Assembly: GCA_947373945.1 (NCBI GenBank)
Contig: CANBZV010000001.1
Coordinates: 1-46,421 of the forward strand
Direction: 5' to 3'
DNA from: Moraxellaceae bacterium
Lineage (GTDB): Bacteria > Pseudomonadota > Gammaproteobacteria > Pseudomonadales > Moraxellaceae
Length of the DNA stretch: 46,421 bases
The translations under genes were made by a program, and so were the position numbers. The notes beneath the pieces are model-generated. The model did no database searches. It was not told where the DNA came from and saw nothing but the letters and a program-made list of their open reading frames with translations. Shown here piece after piece: positions 9,801 through 18,808 of this stretch. Each line of letters opens with the position of its first letter. Position 1 is the first letter of the stretch.

Positions 9801-10429
9801 TAACCAAACAGTTGTTCGGTCGCTGGGTTAACCCCTTCAATAATGCCATGCGAATCTACGGTAACAATACTGTCGACAATATTATCAAAAACGGCATGCA
9901 GACGACTTTCAACTTGGTGAAATGCTTCGGCTTCGCTAAATATCTTTTTTAACTCCAGCTCTTGCTTAACTATCGCTGCTACATCACGCATAAACTGAAA
10001 TTGTTCTTCAGTGAAAGTGCGAGGTTGATGATCAATAAGACATAATGTGCCAACACAATAACCATTGGCAAGAATGAGTGGTACACCAGCATAAGCAATA
10101 ACATGAGGAGGGCCTGTTACCAACGGATTATCAGCAAATCGGGGGTCTAGCAGTGCATTGGGAATATAAAAAATATCTCTTTGTAAAATAGCATGGCCGC
10201 AAAAAGAAATCTCGCGCGATGTTTCACAGGCGGCTAACCCTTGTTTTGACTTAAACCACTGCCGATTGGCATCAATAAGACTAATCAAAACGATTGGAAC
10301 TTTGCAGAACTTTTGCACCATCCGAGTTAGACGCTCAAAACGTTCTTCTTCTTGAGTATCAAGAATGTCTAGATCATGCAGCGCCTGTAATCGTTTTTGC
10401 TCATATACTGGAATGACAGGAGGCTGCAT
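6899..10429 (-). CDS. Cytoplasmic GAF-PAS x4 hybrid histidine kinase (HisKA-HATPase-REC-REC)
   Basis: N-terminal GAF (EQKRLQALHDLDILDT...SFCGHAI...DPRFADNPLV), four PAS/PAC repeats, SHELRTPL H-box, ATPase boxes and two receivers. Confidence 0.93.
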   Translation of the reverse strand: MQPPVIPVYEQKRLQALHDLDILDTQEEERFERLTRMVQKFCKVPIVLISLIDANRQWFKSKQGLAACETSREISFCGHAILQRDIFYIPNALLDPRFADNPLVTGPPHVIAYAGVPLILANGYCVGTLCLIDHQPRTFTEEQFQFMRDVAAIVKQELELKKIFSEAEAFHQVESRLHAVFDNIVDSIVTVDSHGIIEGVNPATEQLFGYQRADLLGLPISQLVLTSPSLEHILPELAISKKTNDQVHTINAIREDGSVFPAELTISPMQIGSNTLFTCLIHNVSAFKTIEKALKEANRQNQSIVDNANYSIITCDNAGMIQSFNKASQNMLGYRADEIIGKATPAIYLDSDEMKARTDKLKLPVSSDLDGFIGRARMGESDEFECTYVRKDGSRIPVMLTVNALRDDDGDITGFLGIANDISHEKAAKAAAQESEARFRDLFDSASDLILSMTPDGRFQYVNRAWLETLKYQAVDITQLSLSDVTPASKYMCWQDLITRVLKGEVIDCIEVTFLAEDQSLVIAEGSINSQWANGKVIAIRGIFRDITQRKQHEQHILEQKIQLETALIQNQSILDNANCSIISTDTNGMILSFNKGAEVMLGYKAEEVINQTTPIIFHDTDEVIARAKTLSLELNRPIKPNLDVFFTKTIMGQIEEAEWMYRHKDGHLIPVQLTITAQKDPQGNIVGFLGIAIDITERKRIERMKSEFVSTVSHELRTPLTSIRGALGLVMGKASAGMSEKAKILIETASRNSERLTLLINDILDLEKIESGNLAFNMKPADLTEIASQAINSNEGYALQHNVRLAITATLDRASIMGDEHRLLQVFSNLLSNAVKYSHPQSVVELSIIQVGNHFKVGIKDHGLGIPPAFREQLFQRFAQADSSDTRAKGGTGLGLSITKAIIERHGGHISYNTEEGVGTEFYFELPEWLEVRTEVSDNKPKILICEDNADAASVLSQILNQEGIVCDIVGTGRAALKLLDTKAYRALLLDLTLPDMDGLTLISQLRADERLYDLPIIVVSGRAEEGQYAFLGDAIKVVDWIQKPVEHDRLLRALHQVLLQGHKPSILHVEDDADIIAITRELVLNIADYHSVTTLAQAREALANAQFDMVMIDISLPDGSGLDLLDLINKNTQVLILSGCEPHRDIAEKVTAVLLKSKTSNSSLLTVIKEIIGL

Positions 10430-10480
10430 GATTTATTATCCTATTTTTTTATGCTGAACATCATCTGGTTAAGAAGCCGT

Positions 10481-12898
10481 TTAACCATCGGTCTCGACAG
10501 GGTGTAATGTCGACGCAGGCTCTTGAATAAAATAGCCCTGAAACCATCTAATACCTTTTGCCCATAACCCAGATAAGCTACTTGCACTTTCAATACCACC
10601 CGCAACAACAATCGCATTAGCCTTTTCAGCAGCTTGTATTAGCTCGCGATCTGTTGCTTCAAAACCAGTTTTTTCTAAGCGACGAGTAACTGCATCATCC
10701 AAGCGAACATATAATGGTTTAAGTTGTTCAAGTACCGTTATTGAGGTCGCCGATGCACCATAATTTGTCAGCATTAAACCGCATCCAGCAGCCTTAAGCG
10801 CTTCATTAAGCCGCTCAACACTTTGGCGATGAGTCACTGCGGTCGTTTCTGGAATTGCCACCACTAGACATTGACTGGCGTTACGCATTGGTCGTTCTGT
10901 AAGAACGGCAATCACGGTTTCCAAATAGATGGCGCTATTTAAACTACGAGGACTTGCGTGAACAATAAGACATTGTGAGGCATGACTTTCAATTTGAGTC
11001 GTAAGCACTTGGTGGGCACTACGGAATACCCATGCATCTAACTCGGGTAACCAACCACGTTTTTCCAGCGCTGATAAAAACTGACCAGCGGGTAACAAAT
11101 TACCTTCAGAGTCCGTCAAACGTGCGAGCACGGTACTCACAGGATGACCTTCATCGGTAATGGTAACAATCGGTTGATAAACCATACGCAAACGGTTGAG
11201 GGGCAGGTGGCCCGTGGTCTCAACCCTCTCAGAGATGCCAATAAAACCATCTAAAACAGTGCCTGCGCCAGCTTCAATCGCCATACTCAGCATTTGTTCA
11301 GCTTGTAACAAAATAGTAGCCGCTGCTGCTTGAGCACTTCGTAGATGTAATGTGGCGGCACAAGCACCGCTATCTATATTGATACCATTTACGACATAAG
11401 GCTGCGTCGCCAATTGGTTAACAAGAGTTTTAACTTTATTTTGCTGTTCTAGTGAGGTATCACGCGGCAATAATAAGCCCACAATATTTTCACCGAGCAT
11501 TGACCATGTTGTTATGCCCGTACTTATCAGACGCGCTACAAATTGTTCTTGCAACGCGGCGAGCCCTAATGCGCCATGCTTCTGCAGAACATCGGGAGCT
11601 TGTACCAAGCCGATTAATACCAAAGCTGACTGCACTGAACCTTCATCAGCATCATCAAGAACACGCTCAAACTCGTTAAAGAAATAATGGCGAGATAGGC
11701 CTGCTCCCTGTGGTGATTGCTGTGTAACTCGGCCTACTTGATCTTGAATACGCTTGCTTAGCCGAGCACGTGCGATCACCGCTTTGATCAATGTCGCCCG
11801 ATCGATTGGCTTCAACAGGTAATCATCGGCTCCTGCTGCCATAGCATTGCGTCGTGTCCGTTCAGCGTCATCTGACGTTAAAAAAACAATGGGGAGTTGA
11901 GAAGTGCTGATATCTTGCCTTAACATCGTCGCGAACTCAATGCCATTACACTCGGGCATCTTAACGTCGAGAATAAGTACATCGGGACGAAAGTCACGCA
12001 CTCTTAACCAGCTATCTCGGGGTGCGGCCTCCCATTCAGCCACCATCCCAGCCTCACGTAGCCATTCAACCAATTGTTGTGCCAATATTTCATCGTCATC
12101 AACTACAAGGCAGCGCCAACTATCATTACTAGGACGGGCTGTTAATTGCTGAACAGCGACCACTAACTGTTTGTCTTCTAAAGGCTTTACCAAATAAGCA
12201 TCAGCACCCGCACGTGTGGCTTGCAACCGTGATCGAAAATCGGCGCGACCACTCATTACTGCCACTGGTGTGCGAACACCTGTTTCGCCACGAATACGAG
12301 CAACCACTCCAAATGCTGGCAAATGCTGCCCCGGAAACATCAAATCAAGTAAAACAAGGACAGGCTGTTGCTCTTGTAATAAAGCTATAGCCTCAGATGG
12401 CTCCGAAAATACAGCAACGTGATATCCAACATCCTCAAGCAAAACAGATATTCGATCTCGTAACAGTTTATCGTCATCAATAATGACAACCAAACCTTGA
12501 TTATCGGCAACTCGAGAAGTGAGTAAGGGTAGGGCAGTAGAAGCGCCTTCCCTACTTGCTAAAACCGATTTTAGCACCCGTACCAGATCATCAACTTGAC
12601 CTTCTATTACAACCATTTTTTCTGGCGGAATATCGTCTTTAATCCCTAAAGCTTCACCCAGTGATACATCAAGTACCGATGCAGTACGGCTAATATCCGG
12701 AAACCCAAAAGTACCACCAGAGCCAGCCAATCGATGAGCGAAAGTTTGAAGCTCTTGAGCAATATGTGCGTCCCAAGAAGTATGGCGAAGCATTTTCCAA
12801 CGATGGCTTATGTCAACAATATAACCAGGTAACGATGCTACAAAACTAACCTGAACACTTTTGATGCGCTCTTCAAGTCGAGCATTACGGTTTTCCAT
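10481..12898 (-). CDS. Hpt-REC-REC protein with degenerate GGDEF and EAL domains
   Basis: Hpt AHRLAGSGGTFGF; two receivers; GGDEF position reads LGENI; EAL-fold region (YQPIV...VLARL...GIRWFQGYFI) lacks the EAL glutamate and DDFG (reads TNYG). Confidence 0.85.
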   Translation of the reverse strand: MENRNARLEERIKSVQVSFVASLPGYIVDISHRWKMLRHTSWDAHIAQELQTFAHRLAGSGGTFGFPDISRTASVLDVSLGEALGIKDDIPPEKMVVIEGQVDDLVRVLKSVLASREGASTALPLLTSRVADNQGLVVIIDDDKLLRDRISVLLEDVGYHVAVFSEPSEAIALLQEQQPVLVLLDLMFPGQHLPAFGVVARIRGETGVRTPVAVMSGRADFRSRLQATRAGADAYLVKPLEDKQLVVAVQQLTARPSNDSWRCLVVDDDEILAQQLVEWLREAGMVAEWEAAPRDSWLRVRDFRPDVLILDVKMPECNGIEFATMLRQDISTSQLPIVFLTSDDAERTRRNAMAAGADDYLLKPIDRATLIKAVIARARLSKRIQDQVGRVTQQSPQGAGLSRHYFFNEFERVLDDADEGSVQSALVLIGLVQAPDVLQKHGALGLAALQEQFVARLISTGITTWSMLGENIVGLLLPRDTSLEQQNKVKTLVNQLATQPYVVNGINIDSGACAATLHLRSAQAAAATILLQAEQMLSMAIEAGAGTVLDGFIGISERVETTGHLPLNRLRMVYQPIVTITDEGHPVSTVLARLTDSEGNLLPAGQFLSALEKRGWLPELDAWVFRSAHQVLTTQIESHASQCLIVHASPRSLNSAIYLETVIAVLTERPMRNASQCLVVAIPETTAVTHRQSVERLNEALKAAGCGLMLTNYGASATSITVLEQLKPLYVRLDDAVTRRLEKTGFEATDRELIQAAEKANAIVVAGGIESASSLSGLWAKGIRWFQGYFIQEPASTLHPVETDG
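12527..12534 (+). other. KOPS-like motif GGGTAGGG pointing toward dif
   Basis: Matches GGGNAGGG on the + strand, left of dif. Confidence 0.5.
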
Positions 12899-13156
12899 CT
12901 ATCGGCTCCACGGTGAGCTTTAATCACTATTTAGTAAGACAAACAACTCTTCGCAGAGTTTAGGCTATTAGCTCTAATTTTGTCAGTGCCTTCAATATAT
13001 GTAATTGATGGAAATGCGAAAAACACCGCAATCCAAACGCAATCACTGTGTAAAACAGACGCGTTCTAAGAAACAGGAAAGTCTATTTTTATTACATGTT
13101 ATATATTACGTAATTTTTAATACACGGTGACTGTGAAAATTGCTATTATAGTGTTC

Positions 13157-13184
13157 ATTTAACATAATATACATTATGCGATAA
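13157..13184 (-). other. dif site (XerC/XerD chromosome dimer resolution site)
   Basis: Minus strand reads TTATCGCATAA-TGTATA-TTATGTTAAAT versus E. coli dif GGTGCGCATAA-TGTATA-TTATGTTAAAT. XerD arm and 6 bp spacer are identical; only the outer 4 nt of the XerC arm differ. Lies in a 500 bp AT-rich intergenic region. Confidence 0.95.
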
Positions 13185-13186
13185 GT

Positions 13187-13215
13187 TTGACATTGGGAAT
13201 AAGTGGTAGTATTAC
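13187..13215 (+). promoter_or_regulatory. Candidate sigma70 promoter for the MFS gene
   Basis: TTGACA (13187-13192), a 17 bp spacer, then TATTAC (13210-13215); the -10 match is only 4/6. Confidence 0.4.
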
Positions 13216-13397
13216 TATTAAATCGACTGGTTTATTACAGATAACGATTTATAGATATCACAGGTAGATTCTTGGCAAACGCTATGAAACTCTGTCATGA
13301 CAACTATTAACGAGCTTATATCATACTCGTTCCAACTAGCATTAGAAAACGGTATTGTGGCGCCGCATTAAACCAAAAATAATTAAGGAGTTATGAG

Positions 13398-14582
13398 ATG
13401 ACACCTGATCCTGCCAATAAGAAGTTTGGTGTTCATCCCGATATCCTTAAATTAGGGTTGGTTAGTTTTCTTACTGACCTTAGCTCAGAAATTATTTTCT
13501 CGGTCTTTGCTATTTTCTTTACTACGGTTGCTGGTGCGTCCGCCGCTTTGCTTGGATTAATTGAAGGTTTATCAGACCTGGCAGCTTCATCACTAAACTA
13601 TATTTCCGGCTGGCTATCAGACCGAACAGGCAAACGCAAATCACTGACGATGGTTGGCTATGGTTTCTCAACGTTGGCGAAATTGATTTTATTGTTTTCA
13701 AGCTCGGTGGCTGGCTTAGGTATTTTCCGCGTTATTGAGCGACTAGGAAAAAGTTTTCGCGGTCCACCACGTGATGCCTGGCTATCTGCCGTAGCCGACA
13801 AAAACTCGAGAGGCTATGCATTTGGCGTTCACAAAGCATTGGATAAATCTGGTGCTATATTAGGGCCATTGGTGGCATATGCCCTGTTGTCATGGCAAGG
13901 AGAAAGCACGTCTACATTTCAAGTGCTGTTTTGGGTGGCGCTTATTCCTGCCATTCTCAGTGTCGTATTGTTGGGCTTTATCGACGAAAAATCTGGGGTT
14001 CAGCACCAGCGCGATAATATGTTCGATACGTGGAAAACGCTAAGTTCTGCCTTCAAACGCTACTTAGTTATCGCAGGTATTTTTTCGTTAGCCTATTTCA
14101 GTTTTAGTTTTTTACTGTTACGTGCACATAGTACCGGCTTCACCATGAAAGACATTGTCTTGCTATACGCCCTCTTTAATATTTCGTGTGTTATTACTGC
14201 CCCAATAATTGGTAAATTGAGTGACACAGTTGGCCGAGCTCGAATGATTATGCTGGGCTATCTAACATACATGGTCATGAGTCTTGGTTTCGCTTTTGCC
14301 ACAGCACCATGGCATATCATTATGTTATTTATCACTTTTGGTGTGTTTTATGCCATCGATGAAGCTCAAAGCAAAGCTTTTATTGCCGATCTTGAGCTTG
14401 AAAGACGAGCCTCAGCTATTGGTATCTATAACTTCGTAACGGGGATTATTTATCTACCTGCTTCACTAATCGCGGGATTGCTTTGGACGCTACAGCCCAA
14501 AATCGCCTTTATTTTAGCGGCTATTATTGCATCGTTGGCATTACTGGCCTTTGCTCTACTACGGCCAGATAAAGCGATTTAA
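13398..14582 (+). CDS. MFS transporter
   Basis: Highly hydrophobic, 394 aa, MFS motif A twice (GWLSDRTGKRK, GKLSDTVGRAR); AAGGAG RBS. Confidence 0.92.
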   Translation: MTPDPANKKFGVHPDILKLGLVSFLTDLSSEIIFSVFAIFFTTVAGASAALLGLIEGLSDLAASSLNYISGWLSDRTGKRKSLTMVGYGFSTLAKLILLFSSSVAGLGIFRVIERLGKSFRGPPRDAWLSAVADKNSRGYAFGVHKALDKSGAILGPLVAYALLSWQGESTSTFQVLFWVALIPAILSVVLLGFIDEKSGVQHQRDNMFDTWKTLSSAFKRYLVIAGIFSLAYFSFSFLLLRAHSTGFTMKDIVLLYALFNISCVITAPIIGKLSDTVGRARMIMLGYLTYMVMSLGFAFATAPWHIIMLFITFGVFYAIDEAQSKAFIADLELERRASAIGIYNFVTGIIYLPASLIAGLLWTLQPKIAFILAAIIASLALLAFALLRPDKAI

Positions 14583-15089
14583 CCCAAATTTCCATCTACG
14601 CGTGCTCGACACAACATTGGCGCGTAACACCAAAGATAGACATACCAGTGACTTGAACATTCTCTCATCGAAGGAGCGAATTTTGGGGACTAGTTACTTT
14701 AGTTGGATGCTTGCCAACCTCAGGTTTAACCCTCAAGCACTCAGCATTAGCCATGATAATTGGGCCGTCTTTGCCAGAAACCTAGGACTCAATAGCTGTG
14801 ACTTAAATATAACGGCTCGATGATTAGGACCGCAGGCCTGAGCTAACCTTAAAAGCCCCTTTTATTAGTCGAATTGCAGTCTATTTCTTACAATTTTTTC
14901 ATGCTATCGGCCGATTAACCCATCATTTATTTAATAAACAACAGTTATATGCTTTGCGGCATAACGATTCCTTAACTTTTGTCGCGTTGAATGCTAACAT
15001 TCGTCCACCGTTTTTTCACTGAAAGCCAGCCATGCCAAGCAGCGCCAGCTCTCAGTTGGGAATATCTTAGCTGATATGAGGAAACTATC

Positions 15090-17705
15090 GTGCTCGAAGC
15101 CTATCGCCAACATGTTGCAGAACGCGCCGCTCAAGGCGTACCACCTAAACCTCTTGATGAGCAACAAACTGCTGCCCTCGTCGAGCTATTAAAAAATCCT
15201 CCTGCAGGCGAAGAAGCCTTCTTGATCGATTTACTCGAAAATCGCGTACCTGCTGGTGTTGACCCAGCCGCCTATGTAAAAGCCGCTTTCTTGGCTGCAG
15301 TCACCAAAGGCGACACAACTTCGTCACTAGTCAGCAAAAAACGTGCTGTTTACCTGCTCGGCACTATGCTCGGCGGCTACAACGTTGAGCCACTGGTTTC
15401 TCTACTGGACAACGCTGAATTGGCTGCTGACGCCGCTACTGCGCTGAAAGCCACACTACTGATGTTCGATTCTTTCCATGACGTCGAAGAAAAAGCCAAA
15501 GCAGGCAACGCCTTCGCCAAAGACGTCATTCAATCATGGGCAAATGCTGAATGGTTTACCAACCGTCCAGAAGTGCCAAAGCAAATCACCGTTACTGTGT
15601 TTAAAGTGACTGGCGAAACTAATACCGACGACTTGTCACCTGCACAAGACGCTTGGAGCCGCCCGGATATCCCGCTGCACGCCAACGCCATGCTTAAGAA
15701 TGCCCGCGAAGGTATCGTTCCGCAGAAGCCGGGTGAAGTCGGCCCGCTCGCTTTGATCGAAGAATTGAAAGCCAAAGGCAACATCGTTGCTTATGTTGGT
15801 GACGTTGTTGGTACGGGTTCCAGCCGTAAATCCGCAACCAACTCGGTGCTGTGGTTTACTGGCGACGACTTGCCGCATATTCCTAACAAGCGTGATGGCG
15901 GTGTATGTATTGGCTCCAAAATCGCTCCCATCTTCTTCAATACAATGGAAGATGCAGGTGCCCTGCCAATCGAGCTGGATGTCGGCAACATGAACATGGG
16001 CGACGTTATTGTCCTGAACATCGACCACGACACCGCGATGGTTACTGCCACTAAAGATGGTGCTGAAATCGCTAAAGCTCCACTGAAAACAGCAGTACTG
16101 CTGGACGAAGTTCGTGCTGGTGGCCGTATCAACCTGATCATTGGTCGCAGCCTGACCACTAAAGCCCGTGAATCGCTTGGTCTACCCGCTTCTAACCTGT
16201 TCCGCTTGCCACAACAGCCTGCTGACACTGGCAAAGGCTACACTCAAGCTCAAAAAATGGTTGGTCGTGCGTGCGGTCTGCCAGAAGGCACTGGTATTCG
16301 TCCGGGTACCTACTGCGAACCGAAAATGACCACCGTTGGTTCTCAAGACACCACAGGCCCAATGACCCGCGACGAATTGAAAGATTTGGCCTGCCTGGGC
16401 TTTTCCGCTGGTCTGGTTATGCAGTCTTTCTGTCATACCGCTGCTTACCCAAAACCTGTTGATGTTCAAACTCACCACACCCTGCCCGACTTCATCATGA
16501 ATCGTGGTGGCGTGAGCTTGCGTCCTGGTGACGGTATTATCCATAGCTGGTTAAACCGTATGTTGTTGCCTGATACCGTTGGTACTGGTGGCGATTCCCA
16601 TACGCGTTTCCCATTGGGTATTTCTTTCCCAGCGGGTTCTGGTTTGGTAGCTTTTGCTGCAGCAACTGGCGTTATGCCTTTGGATATGCCTGAATCAGTA
16701 TTGGTTCGTTTCACCGGCAAAATGCAACCAGGTATCACTCTACGTGATTTGGTTCATGCTATCCCTTATGCTGCTATTCAACGTGGTGAATTGACCATCG
16801 AGAAAAAAGGTAAGAAGAACGTATTCAACGGCCGTATCCTTGAAATCGAAGGCTTGGAAGATTTGACTGCTGAACAAGCATTCGAATTGTCCGATGCTTC
16901 TGCTGAGCGTTCTGCTGCTGGTTGTAGCATCACCTTGAGCGAAAAATCGGTTGCTGAATACTTAACATCCAATATCACGATGTTGAAGTGGATGATTTCG
17001 CAAGGTTACGGCGATGCCCGTACTATTGCTCGTCGTGTTGAAGCGATGGAAAAATGGTTGGCTAACCCAGTATTGATGCGCGCTGACAAAGACGCGGAAT
17101 ACGCTGCCGTTTATGAAATCAACATGAGCGACATCAAAGAACCCATCCTGTGCTGCCCTAACGATCCAGATGACGCTAAACCGTTATCGCAAGTTGCTGG
17201 TCAAAAAATTGATGAAGTGTTCATCGGTTCTTGTATGACCAACATCGGTCACTTCCGCGCTGCTGGCAAATTGCTGGACAAAGTGGAAGGCGGCTCGTTG
17301 GCTACGCGTTTGTGGATTGCTCCACCAACAAAAATGGACGAGCATCAACTGAAAGAAGAAGGTTACTACAACATTTATGGCCGTGCTGGTGCACGTACAG
17401 AAATGCCCGGTTGCTCGCTCTGTATGGGTAATCAAGCACGTGTTGCTCCTAACACAACGTGTGTATCTACTTCTACACGCAACTTCCCGAACCGTTTAGG
17501 CCAAGGCGCCAATGTTTACTTAGCTTCGGCTGAGTTGGCAGCTGTGGCTGCAGTTATGGGCAAGTTACCAACAGTTGCAGAATACATGGAATACGCTAAC
17601 AAGCTTGACTCTATGTCGTCAGATATCTACCGTTACCTGAATTTTGACCGCATGGGTGAATACACTACCCAAGCCAACAAAATTGATGTGGCTCAGTTGA
17701 CTTAA
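15090..17705 (+). CDS. acnB: Aconitate hydratase B / 2-methylisocitrate dehydratase
   Basis: [17 protein letters not shown]-terminus, [24 protein letters not shown] and Fe-S cysteines ([14 protein letters not shown]); GTG start with GAGGA RBS. Confidence 0.98.
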   Translation: MLEAYRQHVAERAAQGVPPKPLDEQQTAALVELLKNPPAGEEAFLIDLLENRVPAGVDPAAYVKAAFLAAVTKGDTTSSLVSKKRAVYLLGTMLGGYNVEPLVSLLDNAELAADAATALKATLLMFDSFHDVEEKAKAGNAFAKDVIQSWANAEWFTNRPEVPKQITVTVFKVTGETNTDDLSPAQDAWSRPDIPLHANAMLKNAREGIVPQKPGEVGPLALIEELKAKGNIVAYVGDVVGTGSSRKSATNSVLWFTGDDLPHIPNKRDGGVCIGSKIAPIFFNTMEDAGALPIELDVGNMNMGDVIVLNIDHDTAMVTATKDGAEIAKAPLKTAVLLDEVRAGGRINLIIGRSLTTKARESLGLPASNLFRLPQQPADTGKGYTQAQKMVGRACGLPEGTGIRPGTYCEPKMTTVGSQDTTGPMTRDELKDLACLGFSAGLVMQSFCHTAAYPKPVDVQTHHTLPDFIMNRGGVSLRPGDGIIHSWLNRMLLPDTVGTGGDSHTRFPLGISFPAGSGLVAFAAATGVMPLDMPESVLVRFTGKMQPGITLRDLVHAIPYAAIQRGELTIEKKGKKNVFNGRILEIEGLEDLTAEQAFELSDASAERSAAGCSITLSEKSVAEYLTSNITMLKWMISQGYGDARTIARRVEAMEKWLANPVLMRADKDAEYAAVYEINMSDIKEPILCCPNDPDDAKPLSQVAGQKIDEVFIGSCMTNIGHFRAAGKLLDKVEGGSLATRLWIAPPTKMDEHQLKEEGYYNIYGRAGARTEMPGCSLCMGNQARVAPNTTCVSTSTRNFPNRLGQGANVYLASAELAAVAAVMGKLPTVAEYMEYANKLDSMSSDIYRYLNFDRMGEYTTQANKIDVAQLT
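16480..16487 (-). other. KOPS-like motif GGGCAGGG pointing toward dif
   Basis: CCCTGCCC on the + strand, right of dif. Confidence 0.5.
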
Positions 17706-17727
17706 GCTTATGGGCTTAGTTGATTGA

Positions 17728-17759
17728 ATAAAAACCCCGCTAAAAGCGGGGTTTTTTAT
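17728..17759. terminator. Bidirectional intrinsic terminator
   Basis: AAAAACCCCGCT-aaa-AGCGGGGTTTTTT between convergent acnB and the START-domain gene. Confidence 0.9.
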
Positions 17760-17787
17760 CATCTTTGAATGCGAGATAAAGTTTATC

Positions 17788-18525
17788 TTACTCTTTCCAC
17801 TCTTCATCAAGCAGCTTAAAAGGTAATGGATCAGTTGAGTCACGGAATTGTGCTTGTTGCACCATCCGTTGCAAACCAATCACTGTAAAATACGGTGCTT
17901 GTTTTTGAATAAAATTAATCGCCCATGTTGGGGCTAACCCACCCGGATCTATATAACCATCCACATCTACTTTAACTTGCTTCTTATTAAGCGGAGTAAA
18001 TTTAATGGTCATGTCTTCGGCCAACATTCTTACCAGCGGTGGTTTTTCAGGCAAAAAATCAGGAACGGCTTTTAACTTTAACGAAGCATAGCCTTTTTTC
18101 GCGCTATACGGCTCAACCATGACATGAATGATGGCATCACGATCAGGTAAAGTGACAGGAGCTTCATGGATGATGTAGTAATAAAACTCAGTATCGGATA
18201 CTTTCTTGATGATTTTCGCTTCACGTACTTCCCAAAACCAACGTGTATAATTATCAACATCCAAATAGACACGCGCCAAGGTCATAAAAGGAGCTTCGAT
18301 TAAGTACTCCAATTTAAACGAACGAATACGTTTGCCATCTTCTCTTTTGGAATATGCTTTAATATTACGACGAGTGTCATATTTAATAAGCTCCCATTCA
18401 TTGGTCGCTTGAGTTCCACCACGTAAATCGCGTAGCTCATCGTCAACGCTTGCGTAAGCCACTGTCGGCATAGCTAAGTTGAAAGCAGATATAGCGATTG
18501 CTGTCGCGGCCATCTTTTTTAGCAT
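17788..18525 (-). CDS. Exported START/SRPBCC lipid-binding domain protein
   Basis: Signal peptide (MLKKMAATAIAISAF...AYA) followed by START-like motifs (WELIK...IKAY, IHEAPVTLPDRD, YIDPGGLAPTWAIN). Confidence 0.8.
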   Translation of the reverse strand: MLKKMAATAIAISAFNLAMPTVAYASVDDELRDLRGGTQATNEWELIKYDTRRNIKAYSKREDGKRIRSFKLEYLIEAPFMTLARVYLDVDNYTRWFWEVREAKIIKKVSDTEFYYYIIHEAPVTLPDRDAIIHVMVEPYSAKKGYASLKLKAVPDFLPEKPPLVRMLAEDMTIKFTPLNKKQVKVDVDGYIDPGGLAPTWAINFIQKQAPYFTVIGLQRMVQQAQFRDSTDPLPFKLLDEEWKE

Positions 18526-18808
18526 CTAGTCACCCTCTTCTTATTGTTATCGCATTTTCGGTTGGCTCAATAAGCTCATTCATAACTAAACATTTTAAAA
18601 TGACTCAGTTTTGAGCGCAGCAGAGTCATACTAGCAATTATTTTCTTCAAATTACATAAGATATTTGAATAAAACCATTTAATTTTTGTGGCTTTATCGG
18701 CAGGGGGTGGCGGGTATATTAGCTTATGATAGGGAATGTATAGTCTTATTAATTAGAAATGTTTTGGCAGATGTTGATCTGCCAAGGCAATTTAGCACGG
18801 CTACCGAT

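Noticed and set aside
291-12898. Calling the signalling/Tus operon a mobile element or IMEX
   Set aside because: No integrase, transposase, replication gene or second clear att/dif boundary is visible; left as a hypothesis only.
14685-14710. Possible Ter site (minus strand ...CCAACTAAAGTAACTAGT...)
   Set aside because: Shares only AACTAAAGT/GTAACTA fragments and lacks the ATGTTG core; not supportable.
14527-14823. 98 aa ORF after the MFS gene
   Set aside because: Non-ATG start overlapping the MFS gene, no RBS and no recognisable motif.
15530-17879. Many antisense ORFs over acnB (and similar ones over serS, ftsK, glpK and gcdH)
   Set aside because: Shadow frames caused by codon bias in conserved genes.
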